A stretch of 64,000 nt of DNA from Pecten maximus (GCF_902652985.1 NC_047016.1:29078001-29142000); one strand, 5' to 3'; shown: positions 41,505 to 55,300, counted from the stretch's first letter. Notes: generated by a model from the letters alone, not told the origin. A program made the numbers and translations.

Positions 41505-41760
41505 GGAGCTTTGTAAGACCCGCGATAGACCCAGACCTTTCGATATCATGATTCGTGTTGTTGGAGCTGTAGTAAACCTGCGATGGACCCATACCTGTGA
41601 ATCTGATGATGCGTCTTGTTGGAGCTGTATTAAACCCAAAAACAGACCTAGACCTGTGCATATTATGATGCGTCTTTTCGGAACTGTATCAGACGCGCGA
41701 TAGCCCCAGATCTGTGGATATTATGATGCGTGTTGCGACTATATCCCAATAGACCTACAG
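41505..41760. repeat. Degenerate 58-bp tandem repeat, about 4.5 copies
   Basis: GGAGCT/GGAACT anchors at 41505, 41563, 41621 and 41680; shared GCGATAGACCCAGACCTGTG-ATATTATGATGCGTC-type blocks. Confidence 0.85.
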
Positions 41761-42647
41761 AGCTCTGTGAGCCAATTGACAAATATTTTCGACGCTCTGT
41801 GGTGAAAATTGGCAAAACAGACTGATTGTTTTTCTCAATTACAATCGATTGGGGATATCGTGCTAATTCCAAGTAAGGAAGGGCAAGATGTTAGGGCTAA
41901 AGCAAACACTGTCAGGCCAGCTATCATAAGGCGCGCCAAGACGTGTATAGAGCAATCAACTTAATAGCTACGCTGATGGCCAATCAAACAGACATTGGGT
42001 TCCCAATCAGTGTTCTACAATAATACAACTCTCCTAACTTTTAAGAGTTTAAAGCGATTGATAACAAAGTGGCAAATGTATAAAGGCATTAGTCAGGTCA
42101 CACTTAAGGGTATACATATTTTATACTATGATTTACATGCAAAACAAACGTTTAAATGCCCCCTTCACCTATCGATAACGAAATGAAACACACATAACCG
42201 GAACAACAATATAGATTATAGGGTAAGAATAAGAATATTATTTCCTACGTCATCATTAGAAAACCAAGTGAACAGAAATAAGTGAAAACATTACAAATCG
42301 ATTAAAAATGTTATCCAATGCTGCATTCATTTCTCAATTCTTTTATTACCTTTGGCCTAACTGACAATCAATTAAATACAAACACCAAATGCAATATGGC
42401 ATAAAAAGAAAACAGAAAGCGAGATTCATATATACTTGGCATTATTTGATATTTTAGCAATTATTTGTAAGTAGAAATAGTTCTGTGACATTTATTTGTA
42501 TAATCGAACTCAATTATCTTGTTTGATGTCCATTCATTTTATGAAAAACTTTCGAAAATACATAATTCATATAGTCTGGTACTTATAGAACTATTGGTAA
42601 TTATTGCTGACTGTCAGATATTAAGTTAGACGGTGCGCGTTAGTATG

Positions 42648-42836
42648 CCCGGGGGTAGACTGCCCCCTGTCTCTAGAATATTAAAATTATAAATAAAATT
42701 GAGCTTTATGATTTTGATCCCTAGGATATGTCTGATTCTACTAAGTTTCAAACTAGGGGCAGATAATCTGGTATTAGAATTTAGCTTGGCAATTCTTAAC
42801 AAAAAACTTAGGGTCTGGTGGCCAGTCTAGCCCGGG
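42648..42836 (+). mobile_element. MITE copy 2 with terminal inverted repeats
   Basis: CCCGGGGGTAGACTG ... CAGTCTAGCCCGGG imperfect TIRs; internal homology to 36383-36548. Confidence 0.7.
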
Positions 42837-43496
42837 GGTTACTCTATCAATTCTCAACACCCAAGTTCTAATTCAAAGGACATAGGTATCACTAGATAAG
42901 GCTTAGATGTACGTGAATATGTTGTTGATGAAGTAGAAGCCACTTGACCTTCCTGAATAGTTCTCTTTTATTTGTGCAAAGTTGGCCATAGAATACGTTA
43001 GTAAATATTGTGGTAACACCTTTCCCTCGTTTAAGCAGTTTCAGTTAAAATTATGGTTTGTTTTCAATGTCTTCGTTTTGTATCTGTACACCCGCATCAA
43101 TAGATATTGTCTGATGTCATTGATATATATCGCGCCTCTGTAGAATGATGTATGACGTTTATTGTAGATTGTTAACAAGGTACCGTATAGTAGATTAGTA
43201 TATCTTGTGTTGCAAGCAATATGAATATGTAGATTGAACGTAGCTATGTGTATGTATATGTATATAGACAGGTTTAACGATTTGTATATACATTATGCAC
43301 ATAGGCTAGGGTTAATCGTATTTCTTTATAGAGGTGACTATATTGTAGCGTGGTGCTTTCCTAATTATAACATGTTTTGTACTTACATCACAGGCCACTT
43401 TGCATATCTAGTTAGCGACTGTTGTAAATTCATTTCCATAACCATCGTTCATAAAGTGGATCCGTTTTCATAACTAATATACACCAGCTTTTAAGT

Positions 43497-45170
43497 CTAT
43501 GATAGTAAGGAATATGCATTATGATTACTCTGGAAATAGCTATGTACTCTGAAAGTAAGGGGTATAAATTATGAATACCATGTAAATAAATAGTAAGATA
43601 TTAAGGAGCACCCGTTATGATTACTCTGGATATAACTATTTACTCTGATATTAAGAAGTATCCATTACGAATACCCTGTAAATAAGTAGTAAGATAGTAA
43701 GGAGTATCCATTATGATTACTCTATAATTAGCTATGTACTCTGATAGTAAGAAGTATCCATTATGGTTACTATATAATTAGCTATGTACTCTGATAGTAA
43801 GAAGTATTCATTATGGTTACCCTGTAAAATCTATGTACTCTGATAGTAAGAAGTATCCATTATGATTACTCTATAATTAGCTATGTACTGTGATAGTAAG
43901 AAGTATCCATTATGGTTACCCTGTAAAATCTATGTACTCTGATAGTAAGAAGTATCCATTTTGATTACCCTATACATTACTCTGTACTCTAATAGTAAGG
44001 AGTATCCATTTGATTACTCTATAATTAGCTATGTACTCTGATAGTAAGAAGTATCCATTATGGTTACCCTGTAAAATCTATGTACTCTGATAGTAAGAAG
44101 TATCCATTATGATTACTCTATAATTAGCTATGTACTCTGATAGTAAGAAGGATCCATTATGGTTACCCTGTAAAATCTATGTACTCTGATAGTAAGGAGT
44201 ACCCATTTGATTACTCTATAATTAGCTATGTACTCTGATAGTAAGAAGTATCCATTATGATTACCCTATAATTAACTATGTACTCTGATAGTAATGAGTA
44301 TCCATTATGATTACCCTATAATTAGCTATGTACTCTGATAGTAATGAGTATCCATTATGATTACTCTATAATTAGCTATGTACTCTGATAGTAAGAAGTA
44401 TCCATTATGGTTACTCTATAATTAGCTATGTACTGTGATAGTAAGAAGTATCCATTATGACTACCCTATAAATGACTCTGTACTCTAATAAGGAGTATCC
44501 ATTATGATTACTCTATAATTAGCTATGTACTCTGATATTAAGAAGTATCCATTATGGTTACCCTGTAAAATCTATGTACTCTGATAGTAAGAAGTATCCA
44601 TTATGATTACTCTATAATTAGCTATGTACTGTGATAGTAAGAAGTATCCATTATGACTACCCTATAAATGACTCTGTACTCTAATAAGAAGTATCCATTA
44701 TGATTACTCTATAATTAGCTATGTACTCTGATATTAAGAAGTATCCATTATGGTTACCCTGTAAAATCTATGTACTCTGATAGTAAGAAGTATCCATTTT
44801 GATTACTCTATAATTAGCTATGTACTCTAATAGTAAGGAGTATCCATTATGATTACTCTATAATTAGCTATGTACTCTGATAGTAAGAAGTATCCATTAT
44901 GATTACTATATAATTAGCTATGTACTCTGATAGTAATGAGTATCCATTATGATTACCCTATAATTAGCTATGTACTCTGATAGTAAGAAGTATCCATTAT
45001 GATTACTCTATAATTAGCTATGTACTCTGATAGTAAGAAGTATCCATTATTGTTACCCTATAAATATATATGCACTCTGATTGTAATGAGTATCCAGTAT
45101 GATTTACCCTATAAAAAGTTATGTACTCTGATATTAAGGAGTGTCCATTATGACAACCCTGTAAATAACA
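43497..45170. repeat. 49-50-bp satellite array, about 33 copies, consensus GATAGTAAGAAGTATCCATTATGATTACTCTATAATTAGCTATGTACTCT
   Basis: Tandem array read directly; three unit variants, a homogeneous centre and diverged edges. Confidence 0.97.
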
Positions 45171-48100
45171 ATGTAACCTACTAGGAGTAAGAGAGTCCTC
45201 CCACTTAGAAGCTGGGATACCTCTCATTTCTCCCTAATAGCGTCACTTTAGTCCCTGCAATGCAGTTAACTTGTTACGTCGTTTGGGTAATTGTATAAGT
45301 GATCATTCTGATGAAGAGGCTACGAAGGTTGAATCAGTGTCACATTGTGATCATAACACTGCTATTCCAGTGTATGTTCATGCTTAATTGTCAATATCTA
45401 AATATATAATCCCATGAGTTCCTCCTATATCAAGGTGAGTATAGTTTTAATTTGTTGGGAATGATAAGCATTCGTTTGTTTGCTATATCACAAACACAAC
45501 ACATGCACAGTATATGCATAACAATGGTAAAACGTATCAAATGGTAGATAAGAAGCGAATGGGAAATATTGTATCTGAGGCACCAATGGCAATGCTTGGT
45601 ATGCTAGTTCATAACGCATAAAGAGTGAAAATGACGCAAGTTCACAATTGATATAAATATGAATCTATAACAAAGTCCTTCAGATTTATTGTCCCGTGTG
45701 CTTCGCCTATACATTTAAAACGAGGTTAAGACAATTACAATAAGTGAACGAAATAAATGATTTGTGTACGTTCTTAAAAACAATTTTGTTAAATAGTAAT
45801 CAAAAGTAAACTGTTCACTTCATTTTGTGTTATAAGGAGTATGGACAGGTTAACTTCTAATTATCAGTTTCAGTGTTCCCTTGCCTTCTTCAAAGTATTC
45901 AACTCAGTAAATACATTAAACACAGTGCTTTAAAATTTTATGCATATTGTGGAAGCAACCATATTTCAGCCTGCAGTACATTTAGTATATATTTGAGAAT
46001 ATATCAGTAGATAAACTAACAATACAATTAAACTTATTATCCTTTCAGTGATCAATATGTTCAGAACACAGTGGTTTTCATTTCCAATATTCCTAATTAA
46101 TTCAGATTATTACCTTTCTCAATGTTGCTAATAGTCATAGTTGTAACGTGAGAAACAAATTACATTAAAAGTATCCCTTATTAGATTTGACTCCGATTTC
46201 TGACGAAAATCGCACATGGTGAAATCAGTTGGCGCAAATATTTGGTGACTATAGATGAGCTAAAATATATATTGTGACGACTTAGATTGCCAGCTGAATC
46301 ATATCTCTGTATCCGAGGATACCAAGCGTTGACTCCCAGCCAATCAGTCTAATGAGCTTCGTCAGCTAAGTCCAATTAAAACGCTTTACAATTAGACTGT
46401 TGGCATACAGCAGCCAATCAAAGTGTCTGTTAGATTAATGACCAGATTGCATGCACAGCAACTGTGCTTATTTGTCATTGGTCTTCAAAGGGATTATAAG
46501 ATTTTAATTAAAGATGGTTGACTGTGTTTAATGACATAAGGACACGATGACACCTTTCCTCGGAAGATTGCGTGGGTATTGCTATACACTAAATAATTTG
46601 AAACAATTTATATAGAAAGTATAGTAATTTTATTTAGCCATGGAGTGGAATTCCAGTAAGGGGGAAAAAGGATACCAAACAACATAATGAACTATGGGGC
46701 TGAAATGGGTATATGTAATTTTAGAGTATATTTAATCATCAACTAATTATGATTTATATCAAATGTATGTCTATTTGGTGATGGCATTTATCCTAAATAT
46801 TTCTGTAAAATATCTTTACATAGTGAAGTACACGTATATACTCTAGATACGCTATTTTATTCACGGTCAAATCCTCCCCAGGCCTTACTCTAATCTCTCA
46901 ATCAAACTTATTTACTTTTCATGAAATACAACAACAAGTTCAGACACCTCGTCTGAACAAATTTGAGGCTATATTCATGCATAACTTTTGACAGAATAAA
47001 AATACAAGTATATCGCCCTGGGGCCAACGAGTATACTCGAAATAACACACTGAAACCTCTGGATTTGACAGGTCCTGTCTCCTGATATAGACAACCGTAA
47101 ACAGCCTTGCTCTGGCATGTATCCATCACAAATTCTGGACCGTGGTCGGTGAAGACTCTGGCGGAATTATTGATCCGGTGTACTTGTCGGACTAATAGAA
47201 TTTCATCGTTTGTGAAATAAACATAGTGCACAAGATGATATAGATTTCATACTCGCAACCATGGAAACGCATGCAATGGCGATTGTAAACACTATGGCGG
47301 ATCAATAATGTATAATAAACAGCAATAATCAATAATAGATAGCCATTGGCTGACCGTGCAGAGACGCCATACATGAATAGATGGTGTGAGTTGTCTAAAA
47401 CGTCAATATGATAATATTTGAATTTATAAATAAATCCATGCATAGTTGATGCGCGAGATAAACTAAGATATACGTTGACAGCTCATAATTAATCTCTATT
47501 TCGGACAGAAAGCGAATATAGTGACAGGCAAGGATTAATGATACTGTAAAACAATATATATATGTCAATGAAAGCGGTTCTATAAACCACATCATTAAAG
47601 ATTTCAGCATCACACTGATGCCGTATCAAAGCAAAAATATCATAAGCATTGTCAGAAATGTCGGAGAATTAAATAATGGTAAGAACATATATATCGGGGG
47701 TCATTGATACGAATGTCCATCAGCATATATCGTAAATATATCGAAATGCTAGTATCAATTTTGGCACTAATAATTCATTTATTCTTCCGCAATCGTTACT
47801 CTCACCGATGGTTCATGTAGATAGACAATGTGTGTTCATGTTTAAAGCGACATTAATCGAAATCGTTAAAATAAATCACAAAACAAGGAACGGATTGTAC
47901 ATACATAATGTTAAGGTTTTAAGGTTTTAGAAATCACGTAAAAAATAATAAAGTTATATGTAAGATTTATTTTTCAATAATAGTAAGGTTTATATTTCAA
48001 CTAACCTTTCGGTTCAAAATTAAATTCAATAATTATTTATATCATTATGATATCATATAGGGTCTAGTAAGTAATAACGACATTATGGTTTAATATAGGT

Positions 48101-49060
48101 ACTGGATCCAAACAAACAAATATTCGCTGGATGCTTATTACTAGAAACAGATAATTTGCGTAAGATTTCATTAAACAGTATGTAGCTATTTTTAAGTACA
48201 AAGATGATCCCATTGTATAAAGCTTGATTATTACATACTGTGTTATTAAATGGAAGTATCCAAGACATATTCAATTTTCTTGTTACTAAAAACTAGATTC
48301 CTTTATCGGTTAAATATTAAGTTTCAGTTAACGTTAAACGGTGAATAGTTTAAGTTGTTAGTTTCATTAGATAATTATTTTCAATCTTACTACAGCTATT
48401 GATCCGAAATGGCATAAAAAGTAATCCGATCTTAATGTCATAGAATTGAACATAATTAATGATAACATGTTTTTTTTTCTCTTTTTTTTCGTTGGTGTTG
48501 ATAGAATTTTAAATGTGTTATTATTAAACGCGAATATGCAATAGGTCATTTATTTAGAAAACCTACTATGAATAAATGATTTAATGAAATAAGGCAGAAT
48601 TTTCTCAATAAGATGTATGATATTTGTAGTTTCCTAGAATTATTAATAAACTTCATGTGTAAACTGTGGATTGTGTGTGTGTGTGTGTATTTACTACCAT
48701 TTTATAATGCTGATAATTGTAAAAATAAAGGTACCCCTATTTGTGTCAAAAAATTATATTGAGAAATATTGTCGCGGTGTCCGAGTTGTAGTCCGGCCGC
48801 CGTTTTGTGTCTTGTGTGTGGGATCACAACCAAGATGTGGTAATAAATCACCATTAACATATAAATCGCCATGACGGCATTTATAGTCGCTTTACACACG
48901 AGAATGTTCATTTCAATCACGATAAACCGACCCAAACAGCCGTTCGGAAACAATTCACTCGCACGCTACATCATCAAATAAATAGGTGGTTTTATATATG
49001 TACTCTACTTAGTGTCAGTTCACGTTCTCTATGAATTAGTTTATTTTGTTAAATACTTAC

Positions 49061-49166
49061 TTGTTTGAGATTTTTTTTCCCATTTTATATATCAAATTAA
49101 CGTCGCCATGTTTTAATTCCGCCATGTTTGTTTTAAAATTTTTAAAAGCTTATTGATATTTTATAG
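49061..49166 (-). promoter_or_regulatory. Alternative candidate promoter/first exon: TATA box, two YY1-type motifs, splice donor
   Basis: CTATAAAAT (49166-49158), two AACATGGCG (49128-49120, 49112-49104), CAA|GTAAGTA at 49061/49060. Could equally be a transposon-derived promoter fragment. Confidence 0.35.
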
Positions 49167-50307
49167 AAATATATAAAATATATAAATCTGTTTCAACAAC
49201 TTCGCATATGGTGAAGCAATAGATGGCATTCAATTGTATCTTAATTCTTCAATATAACATTTAAATTCAAATCAAATTCATCGTAATTTATTTGCTTCTT
49301 TTTTACATACTCCATTATAACATTGCTACATATATATTAATATATAATATAAATATGCTGTATCACGAATTTACCTGTAATGCGTTACTATGTATTGCAG
49401 GTTAATATAGATAATGTATTTAAATTGCATACTTGCTTTAAACAGATCACCTACGATAGCACTAGGTTGAATATTTTGGTGTTTTGTTATGTGGAATACT
49501 CATAACTTTATAATAGATTAATCATTCATAAGGTATACCGTCTTTGGTATGACATAAACAATTGTTTACTGACTGGTTTTGATAAACTTGATTATACTTC
49601 CGTAGACGAAAATACTGAATGTTTATCTAATTGGGCAATATACCATCATTTAATTACATTTTAAATAGTTTTAGAATTATAGACAAATATAGTCTATTGA
49701 TGTAGGGATTCTCAGTTTGGTGTTTCTTTTTCTTTTTCCTTTTAATTTTTGCAATACCGACATCTATTTACTTTACTTTATACCACATAATGCGATGTTC
49801 GCGATTTTATTTTTTTTGTACATGTACATATCTAAACAGCCCATCGAATTTGTTTTGATTAGAAACTTAGTTTAACAATATGACATGTTGATATTTATTT
49901 TAAGGAATTGTGAAGTGAAATTTGTCATGAAGCTTTATTGCTTTGCATGGAAACAAGCGACGATCATATTAATAGAGATTTGATTTTATAGAACATATCC
50001 TTGAACTAAAGTGCATGAGCACACATTAGTCGTTATTAAATGTCATTAACATTATCTTTGTATGTGCATTTACTTCATAACTTAGATATATATGGTAAAT
50101 TGTATAAGAGCCTTAATATTTATTGAAACATATCAATGTAAAACAAATCGTTAACCTTATTCATGGTTAAGAATCCTATTTAATATAACCGAGAATGTTT
50201 TTCTGTGGATTATTGATGTGCCCATTGGTTAGACACTCATGTAGGCGCACTAGCATTATTACGATACCATAGTATAACCTAAACATAGAGATGATATGGA
50301 TACTTAC

Positions 50308-50396
50308 CAATATTCAGCTCAAGTGCTCTCCGTTTCAGGGGGTAAAGTAAACTCTGAGTCCAGTGATACGAAGACGGTATTGGCAGATCCGGAATC
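50308..50396 (-). other. Candidate internal non-coding exon (89 nt), probably Hox3 5'UTR
   Basis: Acceptor gttttctgttcttatgcag|GATT and donor TTG|GTAAGTA bracket a GC-richer segment. Confidence 0.5.
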
Positions 50397-50815
50397 CTGC
50401 ATAAGAACAGAAAACATCGACTTATTGGGACTGACAGCTACACGTTTATCCTATTTCGGATCAAAATTTAGTTTATACCGTAAGTCAAAATAAAGTATTA
50501 CATAATACGATTTTAAAAGAATGTTTATTTTATCTATTTCGTTTGAAGAAATTGCGTGCGTCGATAAATTAAGAATTAGATCGACCGCCAATGGTGAACT
50601 ATTCATCAAACACACACCAATGGAAAGCAGGGGTACTATCTTCTCAACGTTACGGCTGGCTGGTCAAAGTGCCATTCGGAATTTCCTAACAACTCCGTTT
50701 CAGCAGGGCTAATTCAACCTAGCGAGACATAAGAAAACCGTTTTGGGAGATAAATCTCCCCTGTGAGGGACAAACGTTAGACTCAAATAATTTTAAACTT
50801 GACAAGTCGACTTAC

Positions 50816-50980
50816 AGGGGGTCGTGGTGAGAATTTATCTGTTTGTATATCACATATATTTACAAAATAACCTCCATCTCGACTGTTGTTGGTCCGATAT
50901 ACCGGAGCACGTGCTATCGGGTTTCTAATGACTGTGTATCACACCTTAGATCTGGCACGCCGGGTCTGGGTATATACACT
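50816..50980 (-). promoter_or_regulatory. Candidate distal promoter and first non-coding exon
   Basis: TATATA at 50976-50971, CpG-containing segment with a CACGTG E-box, donor CCT|GTAAGT at 50816/50815, and a CCAAT box near 51185. Confidence 0.4.
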
Positions 50981-52362
50981 TCGTTCTATTTGGCAAAACA
51001 GCATTTCATGATCATATCAGCCCGTCACATATATTTTCATAAAATATTCATCCACTTTTATCAATAATGATATTTAATTTCCTGCAAAATTTTGTAAAGA
51101 AGGCTATTTGAGATAGGGTGTAGAGGCGACACCTGATACATGAGGTATAACAGAGTTTGATAGAGATTTCACTCGCCCGTACACATTGGTCGTGACACAA
51201 ATTACCCATAAATGTCTCTACCATTGCACTGTGATCTCAACTCCATCCAATTTACCCTTCAAACAGTCTGCTTTGTCAGGGAAGTACTCTGCATATATTT
51301 AAATTCTGATAGCCAGTTGATAGGTAATCAATAATAAATCGCAATTATACAAAACAGAAATATTTTTGTTCTTTTTGTGATTTGTTCTTTTTTGTTTTCG
51401 CTTTTATCTTAAACATAATTTCATTTACTGCGAAGTATTAGAACTGTTCGAAGTGACGTTAATATTGAGAAATATCATTGTGTATCATACTTCAGTATAA
51501 TTATTTTCTAAGAAAAGTGTATTTTCGTGTAAAGTACAAGTTTGTTCTACGCCTTGCTCCATTGGTGTTAAATAGTATAAAGTAGCTACGAAAAAAGTAA
51601 ATAGAATTATTTTCAGAAATATGCAAACTAATAAACTTCAAATAAACTGTTTGTGCATGCATGTCCATTAAATCAGAAGAACTAGAAAAAAAAACAACTT
51701 TCAGATCGAGAAAGTTTCTACTGCCACCTTGCCAGTGGCAGTACAGAGGGTCGCTACGGATGTTTCCATAGCAGTTTTAACAGGTTCCAAATTAACAGCA
51801 GGACAAATGGAAATGGAGCATGTTTTTTTTTGTAAATATTTGAACCCTTCACATTTGACAAGTCTGACTGAAAGGACCTAGTTTACTCAGATAATAATAA
51901 AATGTGTTGAAGATTGTTTAAATGCGATTGAATCAATACAGTCTATGATATTTAAAAGTAATGAAAAAGACTTTTTGACATTCCCAACATATTCCTCTTA
52001 TCACAAATACTAAAAATACAACTATAGAGATCGTTTTGGGTCGAGATATGCAGACATTTGTAAATTGAATTAAAGTAGTATCTGCAGAAAACCAGAACAC
52101 GACTAATACACGATATGCCACGTAATGATATTCATAATTATCAATGGAAGTCGCGCAAAATTACAGCAGTTGATGGGCTAGATAGATGCGAGTTAATTTC
52201 AATATAAAAAGTTTAAAGTTATAGGATAAGATATTAATTGAAGCATCCCACGATTTCGATATACTTTAATTACCTTAACATGTAAGCATGATTTAGACCA
52301 TAGAAAACATTAAACTGATTCCGTTGATGGTAACGCATCCATACATATGGATATAGCACTGG

Positions 52363-52394
52363 CATACAACTGTCATACAACTGTCATACAACTG
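52363..52394. repeat. 11-bp tandem repeat x3 (CATACAACTGT)
   Basis: Read directly. Confidence 0.8.
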
Positions 52395-55300
52395 GCCAAT
52401 ATATTGAGCTTTTGGCCGATATAAAAATTCCAGGCGAACTATTTACCTTTCGCAAATCGTTTATATCACAGACTTCTCCGTTTTCAATTAAATGTATACC
52501 AATAATGTTACTATACATAGTAATAAAACCTATTTTAGTACTCTTCATTTTTGGCAGATTTTCCAATGTATGCATGCGTAATGTCAATATCAGCTAATTT
52601 GGAAATATTTGGAAAACATTTATCTTGTCAGTTCAGAAGAAATTAGCATTTTTGGACGTTTGGCAGATATGCGCCTGTTTTACATGTCGATGCTAGTTTG
52701 TCTATACCAGAAATATCGCCGAAGAGGAGTCGACGATGGGGGTAAATGGGAGCATATTGAAGGACACATTTGGGGGATCAGTAATGTATGTACGTAATAC
52801 CTCCCTAACAAACACAGCTTTACAATTACATACAGCATCTGTCATGCATTCACCGGCAGATTGCTGGGGATTGAGATTAATGTTTTCTTTGTTGTTGGTC
52901 TTCCATTGTAGATGACTAATGCTTTTACATAAGTCGGATGATTGGCCTCTACCACTGCGCTAAGTAAACGTGATCCTTACCGCAATGGAAATATACGTGG
53001 AATTCAATTTGAATTACATTCAGTTTTTGCTGTGCCTTCGAAAATGGCTACCATATTAAAAAAACATTCCACTGAAACGATATCGTTTGTAGAATCAATG
53101 AATGTTTTCAATGCACGATAAAGCAGTATTCCCAAACTGTTCGTTCATTTAATTCTATTGCCTTAATGTCCGCTAGGTTTTAGACCAAAGATCGAAGAGC
53201 AGGACGTTTATCATGTATTTGATATCAAAGGAATGCTGACATAATGTCTCCTAAAATGCAAAGGACAACTCGACCTCTCAGGAATGCCTTACTTTAGAAT
53301 TGACGGACACATACGATCACTTTTTGTCACAAGTTGGAAACCAAAAAGAACAGAAACTTTCGCAACGTGAAATTAATTCATCTGAACTTGAATTAAACAA
53401 ACTTAATTCACATGGCAATCAAAGGGAAAAACTCATGTACATGTGAATAACATACAAACACATCAACACATACAAAACAACAATTCAAAACTGCTCAATA
53501 CTGACCATACACACTTGCCCACAAAAAAATACACATCGCTAAAAGAAATCGACGGTATTTGCGTCATATATGTATTGTGAGTTTCATTAAAACCGCTGCG
53601 TGAACAATGATTCCAGTATCAGTAGTTATTGGTAACTTCTAAAAGGGGGTAACAGTATAACGTGAACATATACGATAAATAGGCATCGCCATCGCTCTGT
53701 TCTTAAGATTTTCATATTGACTTGCTATTGATCATATTCTATTGAATAGAACTGTCCACAGATTAATCTGCTGTTACTTTTCACTCTTTCCTCTTCTGAG
53801 TATGCACAATAGTAACAGTGAGGTCAAAGTTGGGAATACACTTCAATATGTATTTACTTCACAATACAATATTTATTCATTGTCTCGTCGTAAATGGATT
53901 AGCATTGAACGGTTACCAGATGCTAGTATACAGTGAATAGAAAGGCATATAAAAATTGTGTAACATAAAGATTAAATGTCGTTCGTCAAGGCAACATGAT
54001 CTTATACACTGTATACAAGCATTTTGTTATAGTGTATTGTACATATTTACTTATGTTCCTACTATCAAATATAAGCCGATTCGATTTCCGGTCTACCAAA
54101 TCCCCGATATCAACAATTCAATCTAGATCCGAGAGCAGCCAACACTAATCAATGCATAAAAATGTGGTAATGTTACATACATTATTATTTTACAATAATG
54201 TCACAAGTTAAAAACTCATATCAATCACTGTCTGTTGGCCTGGATTGAAGCACAACAAGGTTTTTAAATTTCTGCATGAATATACAAATGTATGTAAGAA
54301 AAAACACAACAATAATTGATATATCATACACAGATAATGATCTATATAAGAATTTTCAAATCGACTCAAACAGTTTAAGTTTGAACATAGCAGAACTTTA
54401 AAACGGCAGCCCTGTCTGTTGCCTCTAGATCTTGCATGACATGATGGTATTTTAACGTGATTGATTTTGTAGTTTAGCATTAACATGAACATTCTGTCTT
54501 GACTCAAAATATTTTGGTTTCTGCAACAAAGAAAGATATCTAAAATAAATGTCCCAGTATGAATTAAAATGATGACAAATTTCAAATGACCTGAAAATAC
54601 ATTTCTAAATTATAATATTGTAGCAAATATGCAACAGAACCATTAAAAGTTATTTGCACTAAATAAAATGATTGTCAGATGTAATGTAAATCATACAATG
54701 TTTTATCATAAAAGCTTTCATTAATCACTGTTTTCACATATGAGGTTGAAAAAAATGCTAAAACTATTTTAAAATGCATTTGCCATACCAGGATAGCCTA
54801 ATTTCGTCAGTTAAAACAAACTAGAGGCGTGCGTTTGACAACGCAACTGTAATACTGTTAGAGTAGGTTGGTGTCAGTGAGGTGCGATTTCTACGAAATG
54901 AATTCTTAAACCAATTAGATTTAATTATTGCCTTCCGAAAATATACTTTGGTTTTGGTTATTCTGTTTTGAGATTCTTGGTAGCCGACGCTAATTCTAAC
55001 AGATCATGCCTTTCGAAGATCAAACAAAGCATATTGGCAAGCAAGTTAATGATACTTTAATAAAGAAATTTAGAAATTCGAAAGAGCATAGCAGTATACC
55101 AACTAGAGGGATACATGTAACACATACAGACAACACAGGTGACTAGAGGGAGCATGTTTATGTGAACCTCGCCAAACATATCTAATAATAACGAAATTAT
55201 CTTTACACCTCTCACTAATTAGAAAGGTTATCTGTGTAATTTACACTGTTCGTGTTGAAGCAATCTCCTCGGTAAAAACTCTTAAATACCAAACCAAAAA

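Noticed and set aside
45308-45337. CTGATGA...GAAT possible hammerhead ribozyme (also CTGATGAG near 869)
   Set aside because: GAAA core missing and no convincing stems.
49371-49405. TTACCTGTAATGCGT-tact-ATGTATTGCAGGTTAA hairpin
   Set aside because: About 15 bp with several wobbles; too short for a pre-miRNA and plausible by chance in AT-rich DNA.
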